From Schmidtea polychroa (taxonomy: Eukaryota), in NCBI GenBank assembly GCA_044892525.1, contig CM097886.1:114576001-114640000 (forward strand): a stretch of 64,000 nucleotides of DNA, read 5' to 3'. Numbering within the stretch: the first letter of the stretch is position 1; each line of letters starts with the position of its first letter. Under the pieces are notes generated by a model, which saw only the letters and a list, made by a program, of their open reading frames with translations, did not search any database and was not told the DNA's origin. Shown here piece after piece: positions 9,650-19,876 of this stretch. The position numbers and the translations under genes are program-made.

Positions 9650-10303
9650 ATGTGGCCGGAAGCAACCCTGATGACCCTAATAATGATAACAATAAACGGA
9701 ATGCCCATGCGGCAGTCAGCCCCAAACCCCTGGGAGAACCCCGAGAAACAGCAAAGCCGATTAATCAAACTGAAAAATGAAAGAAAACCCTCCAACAATA
9801 TCCCGAAACAATGCTGGAACAAAGCCGTCTGGCAAAAGACCCAAAGACAACTGAATCTGCAATCTCAAAGAATCGAACAACTTGAAACCCTCCTACATGA
9901 ACAAACCACCCAACAGTCTCTGAAAGAAACCCTCGTAAAGAAAGAAATAAAAGAAAGTCAAGCCCTATTCTATGTTACCATTAGTGAAACCATCCTCATC
10001 TGCGCGCTAATCATCTGGAAGACATATGATATCTATCGAGCATGGAACAGAACCCAACCACTATCCGAGAGACCCAAAAGAAAGAACCTACGATTCCGAA
10101 ACGTACATAAACAAGCAGTACATTGTCAACAACCGGACCCACTCGACCAAATACAACAAAATCTGTCTTCTAATCAAATACCCGTTACAATCCAGCTCTC
10201 CACAGTAACAACTTCAACCAACCCTTCAAGCCAGAATCCCAGAGATCCCCAAAAGGTAGTTAACCGAAACAGTAGTAACATGTCGAACATTGAAATCCCG
10301 TGA
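9650..10303 (+). CDS. Element cargo ORF, predicted type I membrane protein (signal peptide, coiled-coil ectodomain, TM, S/T/P/Q tail)
   Basis: MWPEATLMTLIMITING N-terminus; TM ALFYVTISETILICALIIW; low-complexity tail. Confidence 0.65.
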   Translation: MWPEATLMTLIMITINGMPMRQSAPNPWENPEKQQSRLIKLKNERKPSNNIPKQCWNKAVWQKTQRQLNLQSQRIEQLETLLHEQTTQQSLKETLVKKEIKESQALFYVTISETILICALIIWKTYDIYRAWNRTQPLSERPKRKNLRFRNVHKQAVHCQQPDPLDQIQQNLSSNQIPVTIQLSTVTTSTNPSSQNPRDPQKVVNRNSSNMSNIEIP

Positions 10304-10854
10304 CAGTAATTTGATGTATATAATTCCGGTCACCCTAAGTGGCCACTGCTTGCTTATATTTGTCTTATTATCTGTTTAATTAAAGTATTAGTCAGTTAAT
10401 TTGTTTTTATGTCTGTACGTATTTTGATTGTGGAAGTTTTGTGTTATAACAACAGAGGTATGATTAGAATGTATGTCATTATGCGAATTGCGGGACGCAA
10501 TTTTGATGGGTCCCCGAGTGATTTGTTGGGCTGAATCGAAGGGTAGCTGGGAAATTAGGTCGAATTTAACTAAAGTAAAAATAAGAAATAAAATAAATAG
10601 ATTGACGAATAAAATAGAATAGAACATAAGAAAAACAATAATTAGAAATAAGAATTAAAACAAAAAAAAATATGAAAATAAGAAAAATTAAAATAGGACA
10701 ATAGAATGACAGAAAATAACGCAAAATATAATAAATAATAAGGAAATTAAGGAAAATAAATAAAAACATAATTTTAATAAAGAAAATAAGAAGAAATAAC
10801 TCTAAAACAAGGAAAATAAATTAAATTAATAAAATTAAGCGGTACTCAATTCTG

Positions 10855-10920
10855 ATTGGTCCGCGCAAACAAAAAATTAATATATAAGCAGGCATTAAAA
10901 TCATAATAATTACAGTTAAT
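10855..10920 (+). promoter_or_regulatory. LTR promoter: inverted CCAAT (ATTGG 10855-10859), TATA (TATATAAG 10881-10888), Inr-like CAGTT at ~10913
   Basis: ATTGG and TATATAAG occur in the same order in the LTRs at 24823-24860 (-) and 33575-33600 (-). Confidence 0.75.
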
Positions 10921-10936
10921 CTAACCACCTCAATAG

Positions 10937-10983
10937 GTAAGTAAAGTTTAAAATAATCACAGTTAATCTAACCACCTCAATAG
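10937..10983 (+). other. Predicted 47-nt LTR mini-intron (GTAAGT...CTAAC...ATAG) whose last 25 nt duplicate exon 1
   Basis: Direct repeat ACAGTTAATCTAACCACCTCAATAG at 10912-10936 and 10959-10983; the first copy is followed by GTAAGT. Confidence 0.7.
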
Positions 10984-13215
10984 ATCCATTCTACGACGAA
11001 ACCGCAATTAAACAATCAATCCACAGCAACTCACGAGGACTATTCCGGAATCCAAGAAATTTCAGCTGAATCTAGATAATTTCGAACATTTATTACTTCG
11101 ACACAGTACCCCTTTTCGACTCAGCCTATACCTCTATTAAACACTCGGTAAGGATCTTTTGATTTCATAATTTGAATTTTAAAGTAATAGTTATGCATAT
11201 GATTTAATTATAATTTTAATTTAAAGAACTTGTTTTCTTTTCGTTTGATTTCGAATACTTGGTGTAATTTAACGATTTAGTATTTAACAATAAATGATTT
11301 GCTATGAATGATTGATTTCTAGGAATTATTGACTTTTATGAACTGTTTTAATGAGTTATTATTTAATGCCATTCAAATTTTCGAGAAACGTGGCGTTGAT
11401 ATACTCTAGTGTCATGGTGTGAGGTGCCTTCGGGAGCTCCACCGGTGGGCCTAGGGTATTTCAATCACGCAGCTGATTCGGGCCGTAATGTGGGGGCTTC
11501 CTCACGGGTCCGTCGCTGAAGGTGCGACTAAATCCTATAGGAAAATGTTGCCAGAAAATTGGTAGTCGTATAGCGATGGAAAATAGAGATGTAGGAAGAA
11601 ACGTTCAGAGAGTTTTTATGTATTCGCGCAGTGATTGAGGGTGTCACACTATCGTCTCAAGATATCGTTTCTACTAAGCCCAAATTTCCTCTATCGCTCT
11701 AAAGCTCTATGTAGGTTGCTCATCGAGAGTCGTTCAAATGCTATAGGTGACATATCTTCGATGCTCGTATGTTTCACTCGAAATTTATACCTACTATGTT
11801 TTATGGCCTTCCGTGTTATTATTTTCCTCGTCTACGTGTTCTCTCAAAGATGAAGCTGCAGGGGATTACAGAAAATAAGTAGTCTCGGATGAGCGTTAGA
11901 ATTCCATGAACAAGTTGTCTCGCATAAAATTTTGAATTACGTAAAACGGGTTACTTCAACTATTTTTGAATTGTATAAAATGATTTACTTCAATTGATTT
12001 TAGAATTATATAAAGGGATTAACTTCCACAAATTTTTCTAATTACATAAACCGGTTAGTGCCAAATAATCTCAAGAGTAAAACGAAATCAAATCGAGTCA
12101 AAAAATATATTTTTTTTTACAAACCAATCTAACATGATAATCCTTACCTAGTAAATATAAATTACCCGTGTTTCATGGAGTTGATAATCCAGCGAGGATA
12201 GGTAGGAAATCTCCAAAATATCGGGAACGGATCAATAAACCGCATTTGAGGAGTTGAGAAGTTCCCCCTGGGGGGCAAATTATATCCAACTCTTGCGATA
12301 CCGAGAATCATAATTTTTCCAGCATTTCCGTGAGAATTAGTATGACATCATCATGAGCAAGGAAATGTGAGCATCTGTGCAGTGGGTTGATCGAGATAGT
12401 AGCCAGAGAACATGCCAGCATGTAAACAGTTGAGGGCATCAGTTAGTCATTAGGAGTGGAATTAAGTATGAGAAATAAAAACTTGCATACGTCACCCGTT
12501 TTCAGACACACTACAGTAGCTAATCACGGTGTGTAGATTCACACCGACTTGTACTCATAACAAACCAGACCGGACGTGTCAGCTGGAATTTTTGGGTTAT
12601 CAAATTAAATCACTCGCAGTCATTAGATTCCCACTGGTCGGAACTAATAGCCAACTGTCAGACTGATTTTGTCTACTTAGTAGGATTAATTTAGTTATTA
12701 TCTCATGTTGAATAATTTGTCGCCTATCATAAATAAATAATTAAAAATTTTTTTTTAATGTCTTCCCGTTCATCATAAATGAACTAATTAAGAATAATTT
12801 ATGGATTTCTATTCACCCTAAATAATTAATCTAAAATTAATCGACCTACGTACAGGATACATTCATCGAAACGATTTGTTAGGAAAAGTCGGCAATGTAA
12901 TTCAACTCTCTTCAAACGTTAATTACTAACTTCAAGCGATTTAGATAACCGTAGTTTCCTCGACCTAGAATTCCTCTCACCAGTAGTAATACCTCTCCTT
13001 ACTTGTGCAAAATCGTGCTTGACTGATTTATTTTCTTATAATTAATGACCCAAAGGGAACGAGGACCCATAGCGCAGTTGAATTTCTTTGGCTGATACAC
13101 CCATTCTTGTCTATGAAACCAACTATGATCAGTAAAATATAAATGTGACCAGACGACGACCTTCTAATTGATTTGATTTGTTGTTCATTTCCATCTTTTC
13201 TTGCAGTCACCCAAG

Positions 13216-14064
13216 ATGTTACCCAATTCCAAGACCATTCTCAGACCTTGTTTCTCTTGTTCAGACAAGAATTCAATCATCAAGGATCTGCAGGCCCAAA
13301 TCGGAAAGTACAAGAGAAAAATAGACGAGTTAGAGGGGACATGGTTTAGTCCTACCCAGATGAAAGAGGCTCAGAAGAAGCTGCACCGCAGCGAGCACTG
13401 TCGAGATGCGCTAATTTCCGAAAGTCGGGCGCAGAGAAGCCTAATAAAGGAGCAGTCGGAGGCGCTGCACAAGTTATACGTCCAAGCAGCAACCACTAGG
13501 AGAATCGCGAAGATCCCAATTAATGAAGCCAGTAATCTTTTTCCAGCGCACCACGAGATCTCGGGCGGGCCTTCATCTCCACCTGGGAAGTCCTGCCATG
13601 GGTGCGTGGAGACCGAGCTCTCTCCCAGTGGTCCAGACGTTGTATTCACCGGAACTAATAAAGTGCAGCCAAACACCGCATCGTCCTCAATCGTGCAAAC
13701 CCCAACAGCTTCAAAACCTAAACGTCGGCAACTGTCGCGCGCCGAACGAAAACGAAAGCAACGAGAGCGGGCTTCCATCAAACGGATTCTACCATCAACC
13801 GTCACCCCAGTCGACGGCAACAGCAATCCAATAGTAGTCGATCTAACGACCGGAATCTCAGGGCGAGTCATCTCCGCCGCCGGGGTAACATGGGAAGAAA
13901 ACGCCGCCGAATTCTTTGATTTAAACGAGTTACTCGCCGACTCGGAGTGGGAAAAATGGGAATTGCTCCGTAAACTGGCCTCATCTTCTAGAGAGACCTG
14001 GACATCTTCTGACATCATTGTTTACCCTTGTGTTTTCCCTATTCTTAGGAATTTTGGTATATAA
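13216..14064 (+). CDS. LTR-encoded 282-aa protein (CxxC + coiled coil, Arg/Lys-rich motif, acidic-aromatic C-terminus), predicted spliced
   Basis: Intact ORF. Polypyrimidine-CAG acceptor at 13204-13206, donor GGTAAG at 11147-11152, AATAAA at 14096-14101; all are conserved in the solo LTR. Homologues at 21762-22505 and 30791-31646. Confidence 0.8.
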   Translation: MLPNSKTILRPCFSCSDKNSIIKDLQAQIGKYKRKIDELEGTWFSPTQMKEAQKKLHRSEHCRDALISESRAQRSLIKEQSEALHKLYVQAATTRRIAKIPINEASNLFPAHHEISGGPSSPPGKSCHGCVETELSPSGPDVVFTGTNKVQPNTASSSIVQTPTASKPKRRQLSRAERKRKQRERASIKRILPSTVTPVDGNSNPIVVDLTTGISGRVISAAGVTWEENAAEFFDLNELLADSEWEKWELLRKLASSSRETWTSSDIIVYPCVFPILRNFGI

Positions 14065-14520
14065 GTGTTCAATGTACTTGTATAATAATTCTGACAATAA
14101 ACCATTCTCGTCTATATATGTGTTTTTGTTTATCTTAAAATAGTCGATCTGAAATTGGTGAATAACATTGAGAGTCGTAGAAAATGAGGAGCATTAGTCA
14201 GTTGGCAACCCCAGCTAGGAACCTTGCGATGGGGTGATGGAATGATTAGACGTAAGTCCTTCTATCGGCAGTCAGGGTTGGGAAGTCGAGGCCTCAGTAA
14301 GGAGTAGTCCGAAGGAGCTGGCTCACCTGCTTACTGGCGTCTCGCCGGCATAGCACAGTTCCAACGTGAAGCAATTCACGGGTGCTATGTTGGAATGTAG
14401 GTTATGTGCGGGTCCTGCTTGGCGATGACAAAACGAAGGACGAGCGAAATCGATGTGGGCATTCATCCTCTAGACTGAAAGCTGCACTAAAAGGGGTCAT
14501 CCGAGTAGCTACCCGCAACA

Positions 14521-17500
14521 GTATGGACTCGATAAACATAATTTAATATCAAGTTTCGTTGTGAATTCTCTCATCAATCCTATTTCAAACGCATTTCCAC
14601 AATCAACTCTTACCTCATTTAGGCATCCAAATTTTAAAATCCATTTTTCTAAAATCGTTTTCTTTATTGTTTCTTCATCTTGTCTTGTTATAGCTATCAA
14701 GTATTGATACTTTCTTTACTAGTCTATTATACCCAATATCTACTTCTTACGTCATTTTGTTTTTTGCATTGGTCCACATATATCCACGAATATAATTTCG
14801 AACATTTCGTTTGATTCTAGTTTTTTAGTGGTTCCTTCGTTGTAATTGTTATAGCCTTGGTTTTTTGACAAATCTCACAACTTCGAATAGTTTTCTGAAT
14901 CTGACTTCACAGGACTTTCCCAATATACCTATCATTCGTATAATCAGCTATCTTTTTCGACCCTAGCATGACACAATAGTATTTCCTTTATGATTTCTTG
15001 TATCTCGTTTTCTGGTATCATCGTTTTCTTTCGTGCTTCTTCTTTCAAGTTTCCTGGTTGATTGGTGCTTCTCCCTTCTTCTCTGAATGAGTCTAGTAAT
15101 CTAGTTTTAATCTTTCTTTTCTTAGCTTCTTTGTGGGCCATTTGACATTGAACACACGCTTCACATTTAGGTCTGGACACCATGTCTGCATTTTGGTGAT
15201 TAACACCTTTTCTATATTCAGCGATTATATCCAAACTGCTCAAATAATTGATCCAGGTTTGGAATTGTGAAGTATTTGGCTTCTTGGTTGTCATCATAAA
15301 CGTGATCGCCTTGTGGTCTGTCCTTAGCGTGAATCTTCTTCCGTAGAGATAGTGCTTAAAATGAATACAAAAATAATATACCACCAATTGTTCCTTCATT
15401 GTAATTCAATATCCTTTTTCATGGTTCGTCATCGAGTGTGATCCATACGCAATTACTCTCTCCTTTTCATCTTTATTTATTTGTGAAAGCTCTGCTCCAA
15501 TGTTATCAAAACTGGCATCAGTATCTAAAATGAACTCCTTTCTCAGATCCGAAAAGCATAAGATCGGTGCCGTTGTGAGTGCTAACTTCAATCCCTCGAA
15601 TACGTTATTCGTTCCTTTTGTCCATTCCACTCTTGTGTTACTCGGACCGATACATAATTGTTCTGACATCCTTGCTTTCTTTTCATACTCACTGATGGAT
15701 CTTCTATAATAATTGCAAATGCTTAGAAAACTTCGATGTTTCTTTACGCAACTTGGCTTCCCAAAGTTTTGTATAGCCTGAATCTTAGAAGGATCGGTCT
15801 GTACTCCTTTTTTGCTGATTATGTGTTCTAAGAATCTGATTTCTTTCTGTATTATTTGACACTTTTCTGAATTAATCTTTAGTCCTGCTTCTTCTATGGC
15901 TTATAATACTTTACTGAGTATTGTATAATGTTTTTCTTTATTGCTCGAATAAATCAGAATGTCATCCAAATACACCATTGCTCCATTTATTTTGCCTATT
16001 ACCTTTGTCATCATTTCCTGGAAAGTACCTGGTGCTGCAGCAATTCCGAACTGCATTCTATTGAAACAGTATTGCTCTTTCTTTGTTGAGAATGCTGTTT
16101 TCTCTTGCGATTCTTCGTCTAACTCCACTTGATAATATGCATTACCAAGATCGATTGAGCTAAAATAAACGGACACTCTGAACAAATCTAACATCTCGTC
16201 TATGTTTGGCATTGGGAATGCCTGCCTCTCTGTTACTGCGTTCAGCTGCCCGAAATCCAAGCATAGCCTAATATCTTTTTTATCTTTATTTCACACGCAG
16301 ATTAACAGCGTGTTCTATGGGGAGTTGCATTTCCGTATAATCCGTTTTCGTACAAATTTTGTAATGCTTCTTCAATTTTTGTTTCCAAATTCAATGGTTG
16401 ACTATATGGTTTTATGTTTATTGATTCACCTCTTGTTATTATCTTATGTTTTACTAAATGCGTTCGACCCACATCCCATTTATCAGCCATAAACACGTTT
16501 CCACTGTTCGTTATTATTTCCTTTAATTTACTATCCTCATTAATCTTAAAATGTGCCAACGTTCGCTTCAACCTTTCTCCATCCTTTATTTGTCTGATGA
16601 CTTTTGGTTCAATGTTACAAATATAGTTCTTGTCTTTTTCATTTGATTCGATATCTTTCCTTTTTACAAGCCAATATCCAAATGTTTCTTGTAATCCTAT
16701 TCCTCCAATCATCTCTGGGGTCACTTTCTCCGCCACAATGAATCTAACTTCCCTGGAAATATCTCCGATAGACACTTTAACCTTTGTTATTTCAATAGTC
16801 GCTATCGTACTTTCGTTTGCACATCGTAACTTATTGTCGCTTCTCATCAACTGTTGTCCTCGTAATTTGTTAAAACAGTTCACACTCATTACGTTTATTC
16901 GTGCTCAGGTATCCAATAAACAGTCGAAAATTTCTCCATTCATCATAACTGTTACACAGGGTCTTCCCGTAGCTTGTTTTACACTATTTCTACCTACCCG
17001 TTTCAATTGTTCCAGTTCTTTCCACTTCCTCGTCAAACTTTTCTCTCCTTAGGAACCTGTATACTTTCTCACTTCCCTTTCCTACATTCTCCCACTTTTC
17101 TACCCCTTGAGGATATTCCATCCACTTTTCTGTTAGTATATGGCTCCAACCAACTCCTCTACTGGCGGAGCCCTGTTGTTTTGGTACGTCCTACTAAAAT
17201 TATCTTCATTTGTCTCAACGCACGATTCCATTTCCCCTTCTTCTTCGATTCCTTTAATCCGGCTGTATCTGTTTCCTGTCGGTCTTTGTTTCTCTATCGT
17301 TTTCTTGTAACTCGACTTTGAATAACATTCTTCAGATATATGACCATTTTTGTTGAATCTTTTACACCGTATTTCTTGACATAACCTTCTTATATGACCT
17401 TTGCCACAACCAAAACATTTTGGCACTTTTTTATCTGGACAATTCCTACTTATATGTCCGCTTCTGTGACACGTCCAGCACTCTATCTTATTTCTTACTG

Positions 17501-18175
17501 GACAGTCTATTTTAGTGTGGCCTGTTTTGTGGCATAGCCAGCACTCTGGTTCTTCTCGTCGCCTTCCTTCTTCTCTTTCATCTCTTTGCTTGTACTGTCC
17601 TCTTCTCTGTGGATCCTGATAGACCACTCTTGCATAACTTTTCATAGCGTTTATCTGATCTCTCTGTTTGTCAACTTTATTCATCATAATTAATGTTTCC
17701 TTTATTTCCTCTGTGCTTTTTATTTTTACCAATATTACTTCTTTCTCAACTTCTTTATTCTCAAACAACTTGTTGGCAAGGTCCTCCATTTTTTTAAATA
17801 TGTTTCAATCTCTTCGCCTCTTCTTTTATAATTCAATAAACTTTCCATATCATTTATTACATCTCTTTCTTAATCAAATGCCATTCGTAACTTGACTTGA
17901 AATCCCTCTGCTCTTTTAACTGTCTTAGCATATTTCTCCAATAGATCCTCGTCGATCATGCATGCAGTCAATCTTTTCTGTTCTTTTTTATTGATGCCTT
18001 TAGCATCGAAATAAATCTGGCATCTTCTAATGAATTTTTCTAAACTTTCACCTTGCCAGAACACCTTTGGCAATAATCTTTCAGTAATCACGTCAGTGTT
18101 TACCGCTGCCACCATATTATAATTCTCATCCGTTACAACATTAACATCTGGTTCCAAATCACTAAATAACTCCAT
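14521..18175 (-). mobile_element. Decayed conventional Ty3/gypsy element (gag with CCHC knuckles, protease, RT, RNase H, integrase), interrupted in IN by the giant element
   Basis: CWLCHKTGH and CWTCHRSGH knuckles; LLDT*A protease site; YLDD; DTDASF; fragmented by stops and frameshifts. Confidence 0.9.
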
Positions 18176-18616
18176 AAATTTTATTCAATAAATTTTAGAC
18201 TCAAAAACTTGTCTTTCTTATTTTTGTTATTTAAAGAAATTTCCATTTTCCTTTTTTCAATAAAAATATTTTTTTAAAATTTAACAAACTTTCTAATTAA
18301 ATCTCTAAGAATCTATCAACTTCCTCATAACTTGTTTATAGTAATTGATAAAATTCATTTTTATAATTAAAACAGAAATTTTATAAAATATACATAACTG
18401 ATATCTAAAATAGAGTATAAATTAAAATAATTCGATTTTGTTAATATGTATCAATAATATAAACTATCACATGTGGGATTGTTGCTCATTTTTACTATTA
18501 ATTCTTCAAAAATACTAATTTAATAGGTTAAATTTCATTATTTTAGCATAATAATAATTAATCTAAATTTTTATGCATTTCAGCAGGTTGAAAAAAATTT
18601 CCCAGTCTAAATATCA

Positions 18617-19216
18617 ATGGCATATTCCAGATCTTTTGGAAACGTTTGGACACTTTTAAAAGAAAACGCATTTCAACAAGTCGACATATCTGATGATATT
18701 TTGTGCTTAATTTGTAAGAAAATTATGGTCAATTCACAAAATGGACCATGTGGTTGCAGATACTGTTTGGAATGCATAACAAATCATCTAAATGAAAACA
18801 ATCATCAATGCCCTGGCACTACAGAACTTTGTGAAAATGAACAATTAACTCTTGATAATTTGCAGACTGATAATGCTATTAATGTGAAAATTTCAAGAAC
18901 TGTCGTAAATTGTCCATTTCAAAATTGCCATTATCAAAATGAACTTAAACTTATTGGAGACCACATAATGGCGTGTAATTTCCGTGAAATTAATTGCCCA
19001 CTTACCGAAATCGGATGTAAAAAAATGAATTTGACCAGTGATTATATGCTAAATCATTTTAAATCGGAAATCGTTTCTCATTCAACATTATTTTTGGAAT
19101 GTTTCGATAATATGAAAAATGAAATTGAATCTCAATCAAAAATTCTAAAAGAAATGAAAGAAGAAAACCAATTAATGAATGAGAAAATTTTAGCACTTGA
19201 ACAAGCAAATCAATCG
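18617..19216 (+). CDS. traf: Host TRAF gene, coding exon 1 (RING, zinc finger, start of coiled coil)
   Basis: CLIC...CGCRYCLEC...CPG RING; CPFQNC and CPLTEIGC fingers; phase-0 GTAAAT donor at 19217; upstream TTTCAGCAG acceptor near 18588. Confidence 0.85.
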
Positions 19217-19675
19217 GTAAATTTTAATTAGACACATTTTCATTCGTTAAAATTTTAATAATTTTATTTTGTAAATGCTAACTAATTTTTGAGTGATCTA
19301 TTTAAAGCATGTAAAAATTGGTTTAAACGAGATATTTAAAATTTATATAATTAAATAATTATTCAATAAAAATAATTTTAAATAAAAATTTATAATTTTA
19401 TTTAAACAAACAATTGTTCCATAATATTTGTGTGATATTGGAATTTTTTTGATTTATTTTAAAATTTAAATAAGGGAAAAATGCAATTTTAATCAAATGC
19501 AATATATTACATTTATATTTACTATTTTTTTAAATATTCATATTTAATTATATTTATTTACATTTAATTTGTAAGATTTTTAATTTCCTTATTTTAAATA
19601 TGTAATTATTTGAGTTTCTAGTTTTTAATTGAGAATGTTTTGTGGGCTTCTTCTTACATATAGCTTTTAACTCTG

Positions 19676-19876
19676 NNNNNNNNNNNNNNNNNNNNNNNNN
19701 NNNNNNNNNNNNNNNNNNNNNNNNNNNNNNNNNNNNNNNNNNNNNNNNNNNNNNNNNNNNNNNNNNNNNNNNNNNNNNNNNNNNNNNNNNNNNNNNNNNN
19801 NNNNNNNNNNNNNNNNNNNNNNNNNNNNNNNNNNNNNNNNNNNNNNNNNNNNNNNNNNNNNNNNNNNNNNNNNNNN
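19676..19876. other. Assembly gap (other gaps: 47895-48055, 48721-48965, 62926-63423)
   Basis: Runs of N. Confidence 1.

Larger units (their letters stand above)
1..14520 (+). mobile_element. Giant Ty3/gypsy LTR retrotransposon, 3' half (pol + cargo ORFs + 3' LTR); 5' part lies upstream of the window
   Basis: Domain order RT(YIDD)-RNaseH-integrase is the gypsy order. The coding strand is uniformly A/purine-rich from 1 to ~10300. It ends in a 4-kb TGTTG...CAACA repeat that also occurs as a TSD-flanked solo copy. Flanks of this LTR (GATT/GTAT) do not match, as expected for a 3' LTR. Confidence 0.9.
10524..14520 (+). repeat. 3' LTR (~4.0 kb) of the giant gypsy element
   Basis: Starts TGTTGGGCTG, ends CCCGCAACA; GGGTAGCT is also inverted near both ends. 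Collinear end to end with the reverse complement of 21199-25184. Confidence 0.92.

Noticed and set aside
107-9822. Many overlapping or antisense ORFs rich in F/L/S
   Set aside because: The reverse complement of an A-rich coding strand has few stops; no motifs.
11460-11500. Resemblance to dicistrovirus IGR-IRES loops (UAUUU, CAGC)
   Set aside because: Pseudoknot pairings could not be found; kept only as a generic conserved block.
13371-14018. Antisense 215-aa ORF in the LTR (counterpart 21703-22089)
   Set aside because: Shadow of the sense ORF; it is truncated differently in the second LTR and has no splice or promoter support.
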